A stretch of 64,000 nucleotides of DNA from Fibrobacteria bacterium (GTDB lineage Bacteria > Fibrobacterota > Fibrobacteria > UBA11236 > JADFYW01). The stretch is from assembly GCA_050294405.1 (NCBI GenBank), contig JBNKOC010000016.1, positions 128,001-192,000 of the forward strand. Reading direction: 5' to 3'. Every line of letters starts with the position of its first letter. Within the stretch, counting starts at the first letter, position 1. Below, in pieces: positions 39,582 through 48,529 of this stretch. The notes below the pieces were generated by a model. It was not told the DNA's origin. It saw only the letters and a program-made list of their open reading frames with translations, and did no database searches. Made by a program: the position numbers and the translations under genes.

Positions 39582-41638
39582 TCTATCAGGTTAGAAAGGC
39601 CTAGTTCGTTATAGGCTAATATGAAATTGGCTGCAGACCAGGATTGAAACGCTTTTCCCATTGGGCGGCCAGTTCTTCCGTGGGCCCACTCGTTAAACTC
39701 CCACTCTTCAAAGGTGCCAGCCTGGTTTAGTTTTCCAAGCTTTAATAACTCCTGGCAGGCAACATCGTAAAGTCCCAGGTGGTTTACAAATTGAACCCAG
39801 TAGCCTCCGATAAAAGGCCAAATTCCGCCATTGTGGTAATGATCTGGTAAGTTTTGAAAATTAATAACAAAATAATCTTTCCAGTCGTGAGCGCCGCTGT
39901 GCACGGTTGGGTATAAATTCCGGACGGGGTAGGGCTCATTGGCTCCCACTCCCCATAAAAATCTAAAAACAGTTTTAGCCCTGCCAACATCTAGAATATT
40001 AAATAAGGCAGCTAAGATATTCCCGTACACATCGCAACGCCAATTGTATTTGAAGGGGGAGACCTCAGGTAAAAGGTACTTAACATCTCCTAAATAAGAT
40101 TGGGTATCGGCAAAGGATTCGGGTGCTTGCCTGGAGCTGGGCCAAAACTTCTTTAATATGGCCTCCTTGATAATGCTGGCTTTTTCAAAATATTTACCTG
40201 CTTTTTCATAGGAATGTTGCATTTCCAAAATCCAGCCATAGCACATATTTGCTCTAAACCACAATACTTCATCGTAAAGAACATGGTAGCTAAAACCAAA
40301 TAAATCTGCCCAATCTCCAGTTTCCGGTATTTCCAATAAATCGTCATTGTTGCTATCAAGCCCCAGCAGCCAATTCATGGCAGTTTTTATTTTGCCTACG
40401 GAACTGTTTAAAAAATCCATGTCATTATAGTGTTTAACATATTCATAAAATGCAATAACAAACCAAAGATTACTGTCAACAGAACTTATTCCTCCCAAAC
40501 CGCTGTATTCGGCTTTACCAGTTTTAATGTCCACGTAACTTGGTACTTGGCCTATAGGAGAGAGGGTTTTTAATAAAGTTTGCAATGTGCTTTTTTGGCA
40601 TCTTTGTATGGCAGGGTCGTCACAACCCAGGGTGCCAATAACTGTAATACATCCATCACGGCTCCAGACGCTAAAATAATTTTCGTCTGTACCGGTGGCA
40701 GAGTTGGAGTTAATGTCGCAAGCACTAAAACCTTTTTCGGAAATATTCCGATGAATAACCTCTAAGGCCTTTTTGTATGCTAAATTCAGAAACTTATGTT
40801 CCTCGTCGCTTAATTTTGTTTTTTCTTTGGTAAACAGCCTAAGGATTTCAGGGGAGTATTGATCGTTTGTAATGTTCCTTATTTTATCGACGGTGATGTT
40901 ATCAATAACTTTAAAATGAATAAGCCCTTCCAGCACTCCCTGGGCGCATACATGTTTAGACAAATACATATTTGGTCCCATGAGTTGCAATAGCTCAGGC
41001 TCGGAATTTTCAACAAGAATACCTCTTATACCATCAATTTGGAACATGGCAGAATCGTTGCCAGAATCTCCAGCAACTAAGGCTTCTTGTGGAGTAATGT
41101 TTAAATATTCAAGCAACCATTTTAAGGCATTGCCCTTGTTTGCGTTTTTAGGGACAATGTCCAAATCCCTGGCGCTGGAGTATATAATATGGGCATCAAT
41201 ACCCTCGGCTTGAATAAATTCTTTGAGACGGCTTAAATCTTCAAGGGAACCGTGGTGTAGAAACCAGGATGATTTAAATGGGCCCTGGACTTTTTCTGGC
41301 TGAGGCTCAATTTGTGGCATTTTCGAAATAGCCCTTGCTACAAGCTCTTTATCCCAATTCTGCTTTAAATGGTTGTGGTAGTTAGGTAACATTTCTCCAG
41401 TTTTCACATTGTAAATTTGGGTTCCCACACCGCAAATAAAAAAATCGGGCTCTGGCAAACCTGTTTGTTTGACAATTAATTTCGCGCTTTCTAGGACGCG
41501 CCCAGTGTTATAAATTAAAACAGGTTTTGATTCGGGCCTGAGTGAATTCCAGGTAAGGTTGAAATTGTTTGTAGCCTCGGGTTTTCCAATTAGTGTGTTA
41601 TCAATGTCGCTGGAAAATGCTTTAATGGTTTCAGCCAA
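39578..41638 (-). CDS. HAD-IIB sucrose/mannosylfructose-phosphate phosphatase fused to a GH100-like (alpha/alpha)6 glycosidase
   Basis: SDIDNTL, NTGR, LDIVP..ANKG, AGDSGND; C-terminal WSRD, VDSNLW, YHNGGIWP, FNEW.HG.TG.PMG..QSWSAA; GTG/TTG-type start after AGGAGG. Confidence 0.85.
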   Translation of the reverse strand: MAETIKAFSSDIDNTLIGKPEATNNFNLTWNSLRPESKPVLIYNTGRVLESAKLIVKQTGLPEPDFFICGVGTQIYNVKTGEMLPNYHNHLKQNWDKELVARAISKMPQIEPQPEKVQGPFKSSWFLHHGSLEDLSRLKEFIQAEGIDAHIIYSSARDLDIVPKNANKGNALKWLLEYLNITPQEALVAGDSGNDSAMFQIDGIRGILVENSEPELLQLMGPNMYLSKHVCAQGVLEGLIHFKVIDNITVDKIRNITNDQYSPEILRLFTKEKTKLSDEEHKFLNLAYKKALEVIHRNISEKGFSACDINSNSATGTDENYFSVWSRDGCITVIGTLGCDDPAIQRCQKSTLQTLLKTLSPIGQVPSYVDIKTGKAEYSGLGGISSVDSNLWFVIAFYEYVKHYNDMDFLNSSVGKIKTAMNWLLGLDSNNDDLLEIPETGDWADLFGFSYHVLYDEVLWFRANMCYGWILEMQHSYEKAGKYFEKASIIKEAILKKFWPSSRQAPESFADTQSYLGDVKYLLPEVSPFKYNWRCDVYGNILAALFNILDVGRAKTVFRFLWGVGANEPYPVRNLYPTVHSGAHDWKDYFVINFQNLPDHYHNGGIWPFIGGYWVQFVNHLGLYDVACQELLKLGKLNQAGTFEEWEFNEWAHGRTGRPMGKAFQSWSAANFILAYNELGLSNLID

Positions 41639-41681
41639 CCTACCCTCCTTAATTATTTCGAGATGAAAAGAATATAGGTTT

Positions 41682-41701
41682 TTTGAAATGGATTTGAAAC
41701 C
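41682..41701 (+). promoter_or_regulatory. 11-bp-period direct repeat (Pho-box-like)
   Basis: TTTGAAATG (41682) and TTTGAAACC (41693) upstream of the olsB-like gene. Confidence 0.5.
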
Positions 41702-41797
41702 GTAAATTGAAATTTAATATCAGAAAAAGGAATTTGTTAGAATAGAAATATTTGTGAAATCTGACCTAGATACATTTAAAAATAAAAAAGGTAGCCT

Positions 41798-42646
41798 ATG
41801 GTCAAGAGAATTCAAGCAACTGCGCCCGAAACATCCCGCCATTTATTCACAGTATTAGGCCTTGGAGGCGGATTTTCCTTTTTAGGGTTTAAGCCCAAAA
41901 TAAAATTTGAGTTTTCCAGCGGTGACTATCATGTAAAAGTCGCCTCTAATATATTTGATGTAATTAAAGCATTGCAATTGCGTCATAAAGTTTTTCTGGA
42001 GTATAAGGTAAAGGACCCGCGTTGGAAAATTGATTTGGACAAATACGATTATATGGCCGATCATTTAATTGTTATGAACAAAAAGAACAGGAAAATTGTG
42101 GGAACCTACCGATTTATTTGCTCGAGCTTCTACCATGACTTTTATTCCGGTTCTGAATTTGATATCTCAAATATTCTGTTTATCGAGGATATTAAATTGG
42201 AAGTTGGAAGGGCATGTATCCATCCGGATTTTAGGAACAGAACCGTTTTGCAGTTGTTGTGGAAGGGCATAGCTCAATATTTAAAATATTCAGGAGCAAA
42301 ATATTTGTTTGGCTGTTCCAGTATCCCCAGCCATCCCTTGAATTCTGCGGTTAGTATTCAAAATTATTTAATGGATAACTATTTGGTTGAGGCTGGTTTT
42401 AGGGTCACTCCTAAAATAAAACCTGAGGCAGGTTTTTATCAATCTGCCAGAAAGGAAAAAGAAAATCCAGAAGGCGTTAATCCCAAAATAAAAAGCCTGC
42501 TTCCCCCGCTGCTGAGAGGGTATTTGGAAATGGGATGTAAAATTTGCGGAGAGCCCGCCTATGATAAGGACTTTGGAACTTATGATTATTTTACTTTGTT
42601 GGATGTTTCTGCTTTGAATCCAAAATTTTTCAAAAAATTTCTTTAA
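41798..42646 (+). CDS. olsB: GNAT N-acyltransferase, OlsB-like (ornithine/amino-lipid synthesis)
   Basis: LRHKVF, DLDKYD..ADHL, VGTYR, FYSGSEFD, LEVGRACIHPDFR, LLWKGI, LFGCSS, PPLLRGYL.MG.KICGEPAYD.DF. Confidence 0.8.
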   Translation: MVKRIQATAPETSRHLFTVLGLGGGFSFLGFKPKIKFEFSSGDYHVKVASNIFDVIKALQLRHKVFLEYKVKDPRWKIDLDKYDYMADHLIVMNKKNRKIVGTYRFICSSFYHDFYSGSEFDISNILFIEDIKLEVGRACIHPDFRNRTVLQLLWKGIAQYLKYSGAKYLFGCSSIPSHPLNSAVSIQNYLMDNYLVEAGFRVTPKIKPEAGFYQSARKEKENPEGVNPKIKSLLPPLLRGYLEMGCKICGEPAYDKDFGTYDYFTLLDVSALNPKFFKKFL

Positions 42647-42654
42647 ATGAATTT

Positions 42655-43401
42655 ATGCATTGGAAAACGCTAAGTTTATTACATTGTCTTTCTTATGAAT
42701 ACATTCGATTAAGTTTACTGAAAAAAACAATATACCAGTCAAAATCCAAATCACAATTCCTGCAACATGTAAGTAAATCGGCCAGAAAAATATTAGACAG
42801 ATTAAATGTTCAAGTGGAGTGTAAAGGAAGCCCTAAAGGAAATGGGGTTTTTGTTTGCAACCATTTGTCATATCTCGACCCCCTGATAATATTTAGCCAA
42901 TTGAATGGGGTGTTTGTGACTTCTACAGATGTTTACACCCACCCGGTCCTTGGCAGAATTTGCCGCTTGACAGATTGTATATTTATAAACAGAAATAATG
43001 GTCGACACATCGCAAATGATTTAAAACAGATTACAGAAAAATTAGATCAAGGGTTTAATGTGATTGTATTTCCAGAAGCCACAAGCACAGATGGAAAGAC
43101 AATATTGCCTTTTAAACCCTGGATCTTTCAGATAGCGTATGAATTTAACGTTCCTGTATACCCCATATGTTTGAAATATACTAAACTTAATCAGAAAATT
43201 ATCAACAACTACTCACAGTCAATTATCCATTATTATGGAGAACATAAGTTTTTCCCGCATTTACTGAAATTATCCAAACAAGAAAGTATTTCTGCAAAAC
43301 TGCGCTTTTTGGAAGGAATATCCGCAACTCATTTCCTAAATAGGAAAGTTATGGCAAAAACATCAAGAGAACTAATTTCCAAAGAATATGTTTTAAATTA
43401 G
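42655..43401 (+). CDS. Lysophospholipid acyltransferase family (OlsA/PlsC-like)
   Basis: NHLSYLD, FINR, FPEATSTDG..LPFK. Confidence 0.85.
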   Translation: MHWKTLSLLHCLSYEYIRLSLLKKTIYQSKSKSQFLQHVSKSARKILDRLNVQVECKGSPKGNGVFVCNHLSYLDPLIIFSQLNGVFVTSTDVYTHPVLGRICRLTDCIFINRNNGRHIANDLKQITEKLDQGFNVIVFPEATSTDGKTILPFKPWIFQIAYEFNVPVYPICLKYTKLNQKIINNYSQSIIHYYGEHKFFPHLLKLSKQESISAKLRFLEGISATHFLNRKVMAKTSRELISKEYVLN

Positions 43402-44573
43402 GAAGCTGCTTTTATAAATTCCGGGAAATGGGTTGGCGCAACTTGTGAAGATAGGATAGCTTTTCCGTCCCCATTAAATGCGAAATTATTAATTACATTC
43501 ATGGTTGCTCTTGTGCCATCATAATTTTCTTTCCAGGATGTTTTGTTAGTAGGCAATCGCTTAGGGAATTTCTCTAAAAAAGATTCAAAAAAATCTTTGT
43601 TAAATTTCTTTAACTCAAAAGATAAACCGAATTGACTTAGATTTAGGGCTTGGGAATTCAACTCTTGTTCTACAATGTTAGGCTCCGGGAATGCTAAAAT
43701 TGGGACACCGCAATATATTGCCTCACCCAAAACCTGGTTTCCAGCTGTTGTAATTAATGCCTTGGATTGAGACAATGTATTTAAAAACTTTTTTTGATTT
43801 ATTTGTTCAAATTGAATATTTGGAATCACGATCTGGCTGCCAGATGGCAGGTTTTTCCATTTGGAAAAAATGACAAAATTATAATTGGAGCTTTCTTTTA
43901 TGGTGTTTAGAAGAAACTTTAAATAATGCTGAGACTTCAGATAAACGCAGATCTGATTTTGTTTTTTACTGAAATCATCAAAATTCTGAGTATTAATATA
44001 AGGCCCAACAAGACGTGTATTGGAATTCTTTTTTTTGGGAAAATGAAAAAAGCTGCTGCATATATTCACATCGGGACTGTGTACTAGTTTTTTAATAAAG
44101 AACTGGAAAATTTTAATTTGAAAATTTTTCCGAAAGGAATTTATTTTAGGCAATTGAGTTTGAGTTAAAAAAGTTTGGTGGTTTACAGACACAATAGGCA
44201 CTTTATTTAACTTGGCCATTCTGCATACATAAGGCTCAAAATCTGAAATAACAAAATCTGGCTTATAAAGATTAAAAATGGTATTCAGGTTTTTAAAGGT
44301 GGGGCCTTTTTCCAGAAAAATAGAAAGAGCTATTTTGAAATTTTTTGTGGCAGTATGAAAAAGAGAAAGGCTGCCTTCTTTGTTATAAAAATATCTTAAG
44401 ATGGGAATGGTGTAGGTAGGAATTTTATTTTGGGCGAAAATATCAAGTGCCTCGCCTCCGGTGACAACTTTAACCTGATATCCTTGGCGCCTCAATTCCT
44501 TTATAAGGTGGATGCTGCGAGTTGCATGCCCTCTACCTTCACCCTGAACCCCATATAGGATTTTAAGCGGCAT
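43398..44573 (-). CDS. MJ1255/VC2487 family (GT28-like) glycosyltransferase
   Basis: ILYGVQGEGRGHATR, ISDFEP, TAGNQVLGEA, EQELN. Confidence 0.82.
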   Translation of the reverse strand: MPLKILYGVQGEGRGHATRSIHLIKELRRQGYQVKVVTGGEALDIFAQNKIPTYTIPILRYFYNKEGSLSLFHTATKNFKIALSIFLEKGPTFKNLNTIFNLYKPDFVISDFEPYVCRMAKLNKVPIVSVNHQTFLTQTQLPKINSFRKNFQIKIFQFFIKKLVHSPDVNICSSFFHFPKKKNSNTRLVGPYINTQNFDDFSKKQNQICVYLKSQHYLKFLLNTIKESSNYNFVIFSKWKNLPSGSQIVIPNIQFEQINQKKFLNTLSQSKALITTAGNQVLGEAIYCGVPILAFPEPNIVEQELNSQALNLSQFGLSFELKKFNKDFFESFLEKFPKRLPTNKTSWKENYDGTRATMNVINNFAFNGDGKAILSSQVAPTHFPEFIKAAS

Positions 44574-45654
44574 AGGATTTGTATCCCTTATGAGAAACCA
44601 CATCCCACAAATCCATCAAAGAATAAGAAAGGGAAGTGCGGCTGTTAATCAAATTCATCATAAATTTTTGGGGGTTGTCCAGCACAGAATAAACAATACT
44701 TGGATCTCTAAAACATTGGTCCATGCAAGAAGAACAATCCCGGTATTTTTTGCTGGCCTTTAAGGGCTTGTTGTCTATGTTGTCAATTATGTCATCGCTA
44801 AATGTATAACAAGGCCTTAAAGTTGTTTGGTCTTCACCCATAAAAAATATGGAGTTGCCCGCATAGCAGCCTATTTTTGTCTTAGCCCCTTTTAATTCTT
44901 CAATTTGTTGGAATAAGGACAAATAAGGGTTAATTATTGTAACATCTGTGTAGTTTTTCTTTAGCCACATTATTTTTCTCAAAGAGGATATAAGCTCTGC
45001 GGTAGTAAAATTAACAGAGTTAGACCCCAAAGTCGCCAAGTGCTTTTGATTTTGTGAAGAATATGGTCTATACATGGGATAAGAAAAAACAAACTTTCGA
45101 ATGCCAAAAACAGCTTTGTAATATTTTATATGGCCTTCCAAATCCGGAAGACCTTGATTGGTCGGTAATACTTTTGAAATCACGGTCTGCCCAAAAAAAT
45201 TCACATTGTATTTGTGCAGGAGCTCTATTCCTTTCTCCATTTTATTCTGAGCCTTTTCAAATCCTCGATGAGTTAGATGATCAATATAAGGGTAGGTATC
45301 AAGGGAATACCATAAAAAATCAAGCCCGGAGTCCTTGATTTTTTTGACCATGTCTTCATTGAGCATAGAACCATTTGTTCCTGTTCGTACTTGAAAACCC
45401 AATTTTTTGGCACGGGTGATAATATCAATAAATTTAGCCTCTAAAAAAGGTTCCCCTCCGGTGAAATGAAGAATTCCAATTCCCTTTTTCTTTAGCTTGG
45501 GAAGGTCTTGTATAAATTTGGGGACATTTAGCTTAAATGGAATTTGTCCTTGTTGTATGCTTTTTTTTAGAGCATTCTTATTGTAGCCACAAAAAGAACA
45601 AGTGGCATTGCAAACCCCGGTAGTTTTTATATTGAGCTGTTTTGGAAATAACAT
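44563..45654 (-). CDS. Radical SAM protein with a C-terminal SPASM/twitch-like Cys cluster
   Basis: CNATCSFC, FTGGEP, TNG, SLD; CYAG..PCY..CSSCMDQC. Confidence 0.88.
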   Translation of the reverse strand: MLFPKQLNIKTTGVCNATCSFCGYNKNALKKSIQQGQIPFKLNVPKFIQDLPKLKKKGIGILHFTGGEPFLEAKFIDIITRAKKLGFQVRTGTNGSMLNEDMVKKIKDSGLDFLWYSLDTYPYIDHLTHRGFEKAQNKMEKGIELLHKYNVNFFGQTVISKVLPTNQGLPDLEGHIKYYKAVFGIRKFVFSYPMYRPYSSQNQKHLATLGSNSVNFTTAELISSLRKIMWLKKNYTDVTIINPYLSLFQQIEELKGAKTKIGCYAGNSIFFMGEDQTTLRPCYTFSDDIIDNIDNKPLKASKKYRDCSSCMDQCFRDPSIVYSVLDNPQKFMMNLINSRTSLSYSLMDLWDVVSHKGYKSYAA

Positions 45655-45675
45655 ACCCTTAATTTAAAGAAAGAA

Positions 45676-45695
45676 TATTTCAAATATGTTTAGAA
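45676..45695 (-). promoter_or_regulatory. Degenerate 11-bp-period direct repeat (Pho-box-like)
   Basis: Minus strand TTCTAAACA-TA-TTTGAAATA about 20 bp upstream of the radical SAM ATG. Confidence 0.35.
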
Positions 45696-45758
45696 TCCAT
45701 CTCGATACTAATTCTTGGTTCGATACATTTCCATTTGAGAGTGGCACTCTACCCACAT

Positions 45759-48521
45759 TCAGTTATAAGTAGACCTGGGGCTGGATTCCAGATTGGTTAA
45801 ATATGGAAAAATTTGATTTGTTGGTATAGGCATGGCTTTTTTAACTGTTTTTTTGGGATAAAAGTCCAATCCAAGTTTATCAGTAAAGGATTTTAATATT
45901 TCTCCAGAGTCAAAAGATTCGGCCCTTATTTTGGCTTGTTTTTTAAATTCAAATGTGTCGGCCGAACCAAAAAAGTCAATAATTTTCTTGGCCATATCGT
46001 ATTTGTTTTTAGCTAAATATCCGCATTTGCCATTTACAATAATATCCTTTGGTCCTTTTGTATTATAGGCAACCACGGGAAGGCTGTTCTGAAGCGCTTC
46101 CAAAACTACACAACCAAACGTATCAAAACGGGAGGGAAGTATCAATAAGTCAGATGCCTGGTACAAAACGCTTAACTCTTTTGGGTCTAGCCAATTTGTA
46201 AAATAAGCCTCTGGCATACGGGTTATAAGTTCTTTTTGATCTGGTCCGGTGCCAGCTATAATGATTTTTAAGCTTGGAATTTTTTGCCGGACATTTTCAA
46301 TTATGGCAGGTAAATCAAATATCCCTTTTTCCTGGCTTATTCTCCCTGCAAATAAAAGAGTGGGAGAGGAAGAACATATATCCAAGGCTGCTTTTAAATT
46401 ATCCGAGTACCGTCCTAAAATGTTTTGCCCTTTTATTTTTTCGGAAACCCAATGGCTGGTTTTGTGCACTCTGTCGGGTTCAAAGCCCATCCCACTTCCT
46501 GTTAACCATTTTTCCTGATCGGAATTTAACACAAAAATCCCGTCAAATTGCTGGTAGAAAGCCCTAAACAATCTTCGAAACCTGTCCAGGGCTTTTCTAT
46601 TTAAACGCGCTGTTTTTCTTAAAAACTCGAGCCAGTCCGTATGCATGTAAAAGAATGCTTTTACGTTAAAGGCATGTTTTAAGTAAAGGGCTATTGGCCC
46701 CATAGGCAATTCAGTAGAACAAATAAGTCTGTCATATGAGTTTTCGTAAAAAATCTTATGTATATCTAGTAAGTTGGGGAGATAGAACTTTTGCTCAGGG
46801 TAATTTGAAAAACTTAGGCAATCCGTTGGTTTTATCACGATTAAGTGCTCCTCTGATTCCATGTCAGGATGGCAGGTTAGAATATCAATTGGAAGGTTTA
46901 ACCTTTGAATCTCTCGTAGGTACTCCTTTAGAACCAACCCAACTCCATTATTAGAAACCATTGTGTCTGTAAGCCATAGGCAACGTTTTTCCGGGGAATG
47001 AGAATTTATATTTTGAGCAAATTTTTTGAGGAAATCTCTATTATTGCTTAATACTTTTGATGTTGCCAAAGTTGCTCCAGCTAAAATGCCGGAAGCTAAT
47101 AATGGAAAGGACAAACTATCCATAATGGAGGATATGTTAAAACTCCCTGCCCCCATGTTTTCGTTAGAATTAAAATGCGATCGAAAATACATAGGCAATT
47201 CCAGCTTTTCGGAGAACTTTTCCATTTTGTTTTTAAAAATCGGTAAATCAATGTTATTCAATTCAATTTTATTTTTGACTCGTCTAAGTATGATGTTGTT
47301 TAAATCCTGGAAAAGATCTGGCACTAGTTGCTTTAGCTTGCTGTTAAATAAATCCGGAGATTCAGATTTTGCTTTAGCAATGCTATCAATTTTTTTCACA
47401 AGAGGTTTGTAGTCTTTTGAGACAGTCCATTTTATCAAGAACTTAGGTCGTTTTCCCTGAAAGGAGTTATGAACGGCATCTAAAAACTGCTTGGTGTACT
47501 TGTGCCTGTTAAGCTCCATTAGCCCATTTCCAAGGGCCAAACACATTATTTTTTCCTGAAGATTTCCTTTGTGGAGCATAAGCCTTATCAAACCAGGGTC
47601 TTTCATGTATAGAGCAACCTGGCAAAAATAATCTAAAAAAGCAGTACACAATTTTTCTTCGCTACCTACGTAGCCAAAGGGAACGAATTGACCTTTTTTA
47701 AGAGCATCTAAAACTAATTGAGAATTCGAAAACTTCTTTTGATTTTCTTTTAAATCTGGAATATGAAAAAAAGTTCCGGTGGTGCCAGCATAAATGCCCA
47801 TATGATCATCTGACCCCCCCGTTATCTTTTTTTCATAAGGGAATTGGCAGAAGTCTAAAGGGTTGATACCGTGTTTTTTACTCCAATTTGTGATTTTCTC
47901 TTCATTTATCTGGTCTACATAATCCCAGGCCAATAAATTTTGCCATACATCTCTTTGGCCATTGAAAACTTCAAATCTGTCAAAAATCAGAGCTAACTTT
48001 TCAAACAATTCAATAGAATAGGATTTACTTTTGCTATACATATACAGTGGATGAGGTAATACGGTGGGAATATCATTTTCGGAAGCATATCTCATAAATT
48101 TTAAAAGGTCATGACGGTAATCTTTTAATTTCTCTTCCTGATCAGGGTTAAACCCGTAGGTAAGCACGTGCATACTGACATTTTCTGTTTTGTAGTGACA
48201 GGTGAACTCGGCGCCAACCAGAACATCTTGGCCTTTGTCTTTTAAGTCCCAGCAAGATCTCGCATTATTATGATTTGTAATAGTAACCACATGGGATCCA
48301 TTAGACTTTAGAACAGATAGTAGTTTATCTGTAGCTAGCCAGGTTTCTGGCAAACCAAGAATTCTCCCCCATAATTCATCAGGAACATCACTGTTTAAAT
48401 CGTGGCAATGTAAATCTGCCTGTAAGATATTTTCCCGAGGGTATTTAAAAAGACAATCGTCCAGCTTGGATTGAAAAGCTTTCCTAATTTGAATTTGAAA
48501 ATGATTTAATGTATTTGGCAT
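45759..48521 (-). CDS. PHP-domain phosphoesterase fused to a GT4 glycosyltransferase
   Basis: DLHCH, TITNHN, EVFNG, GGSDDH (PHP); FAGRISQEKG, PSRFDTFGCVVLEA (GT4); start at MPNTLN. Confidence 0.85.
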   Translation of the reverse strand: MPNTLNHFQIQIRKAFQSKLDDCLFKYPRENILQADLHCHDLNSDVPDELWGRILGLPETWLATDKLLSVLKSNGSHVVTITNHNNARSCWDLKDKGQDVLVGAEFTCHYKTENVSMHVLTYGFNPDQEEKLKDYRHDLLKFMRYASENDIPTVLPHPLYMYSKSKSYSIELFEKLALIFDRFEVFNGQRDVWQNLLAWDYVDQINEEKITNWSKKHGINPLDFCQFPYEKKITGGSDDHMGIYAGTTGTFFHIPDLKENQKKFSNSQLVLDALKKGQFVPFGYVGSEEKLCTAFLDYFCQVALYMKDPGLIRLMLHKGNLQEKIMCLALGNGLMELNRHKYTKQFLDAVHNSFQGKRPKFLIKWTVSKDYKPLVKKIDSIAKAKSESPDLFNSKLKQLVPDLFQDLNNIILRRVKNKIELNNIDLPIFKNKMEKFSEKLELPMYFRSHFNSNENMGAGSFNISSIMDSLSFPLLASGILAGATLATSKVLSNNRDFLKKFAQNINSHSPEKRCLWLTDTMVSNNGVGLVLKEYLREIQRLNLPIDILTCHPDMESEEHLIVIKPTDCLSFSNYPEQKFYLPNLLDIHKIFYENSYDRLICSTELPMGPIALYLKHAFNVKAFFYMHTDWLEFLRKTARLNRKALDRFRRLFRAFYQQFDGIFVLNSDQEKWLTGSGMGFEPDRVHKTSHWVSEKIKGQNILGRYSDNLKAALDICSSSPTLLFAGRISQEKGIFDLPAIIENVRQKIPSLKIIIAGTGPDQKELITRMPEAYFTNWLDPKELSVLYQASDLLILPSRFDTFGCVVLEALQNSLPVVAYNTKGPKDIIVNGKCGYLAKNKYDMAKKIIDFFGSADTFEFKKQAKIRAESFDSGEILKSFTDKLGLDFYPKKTVKKAMPIPTNQIFPYLTNLESSPRSTYN

Positions 48522-48529
48522 GGAATTAC

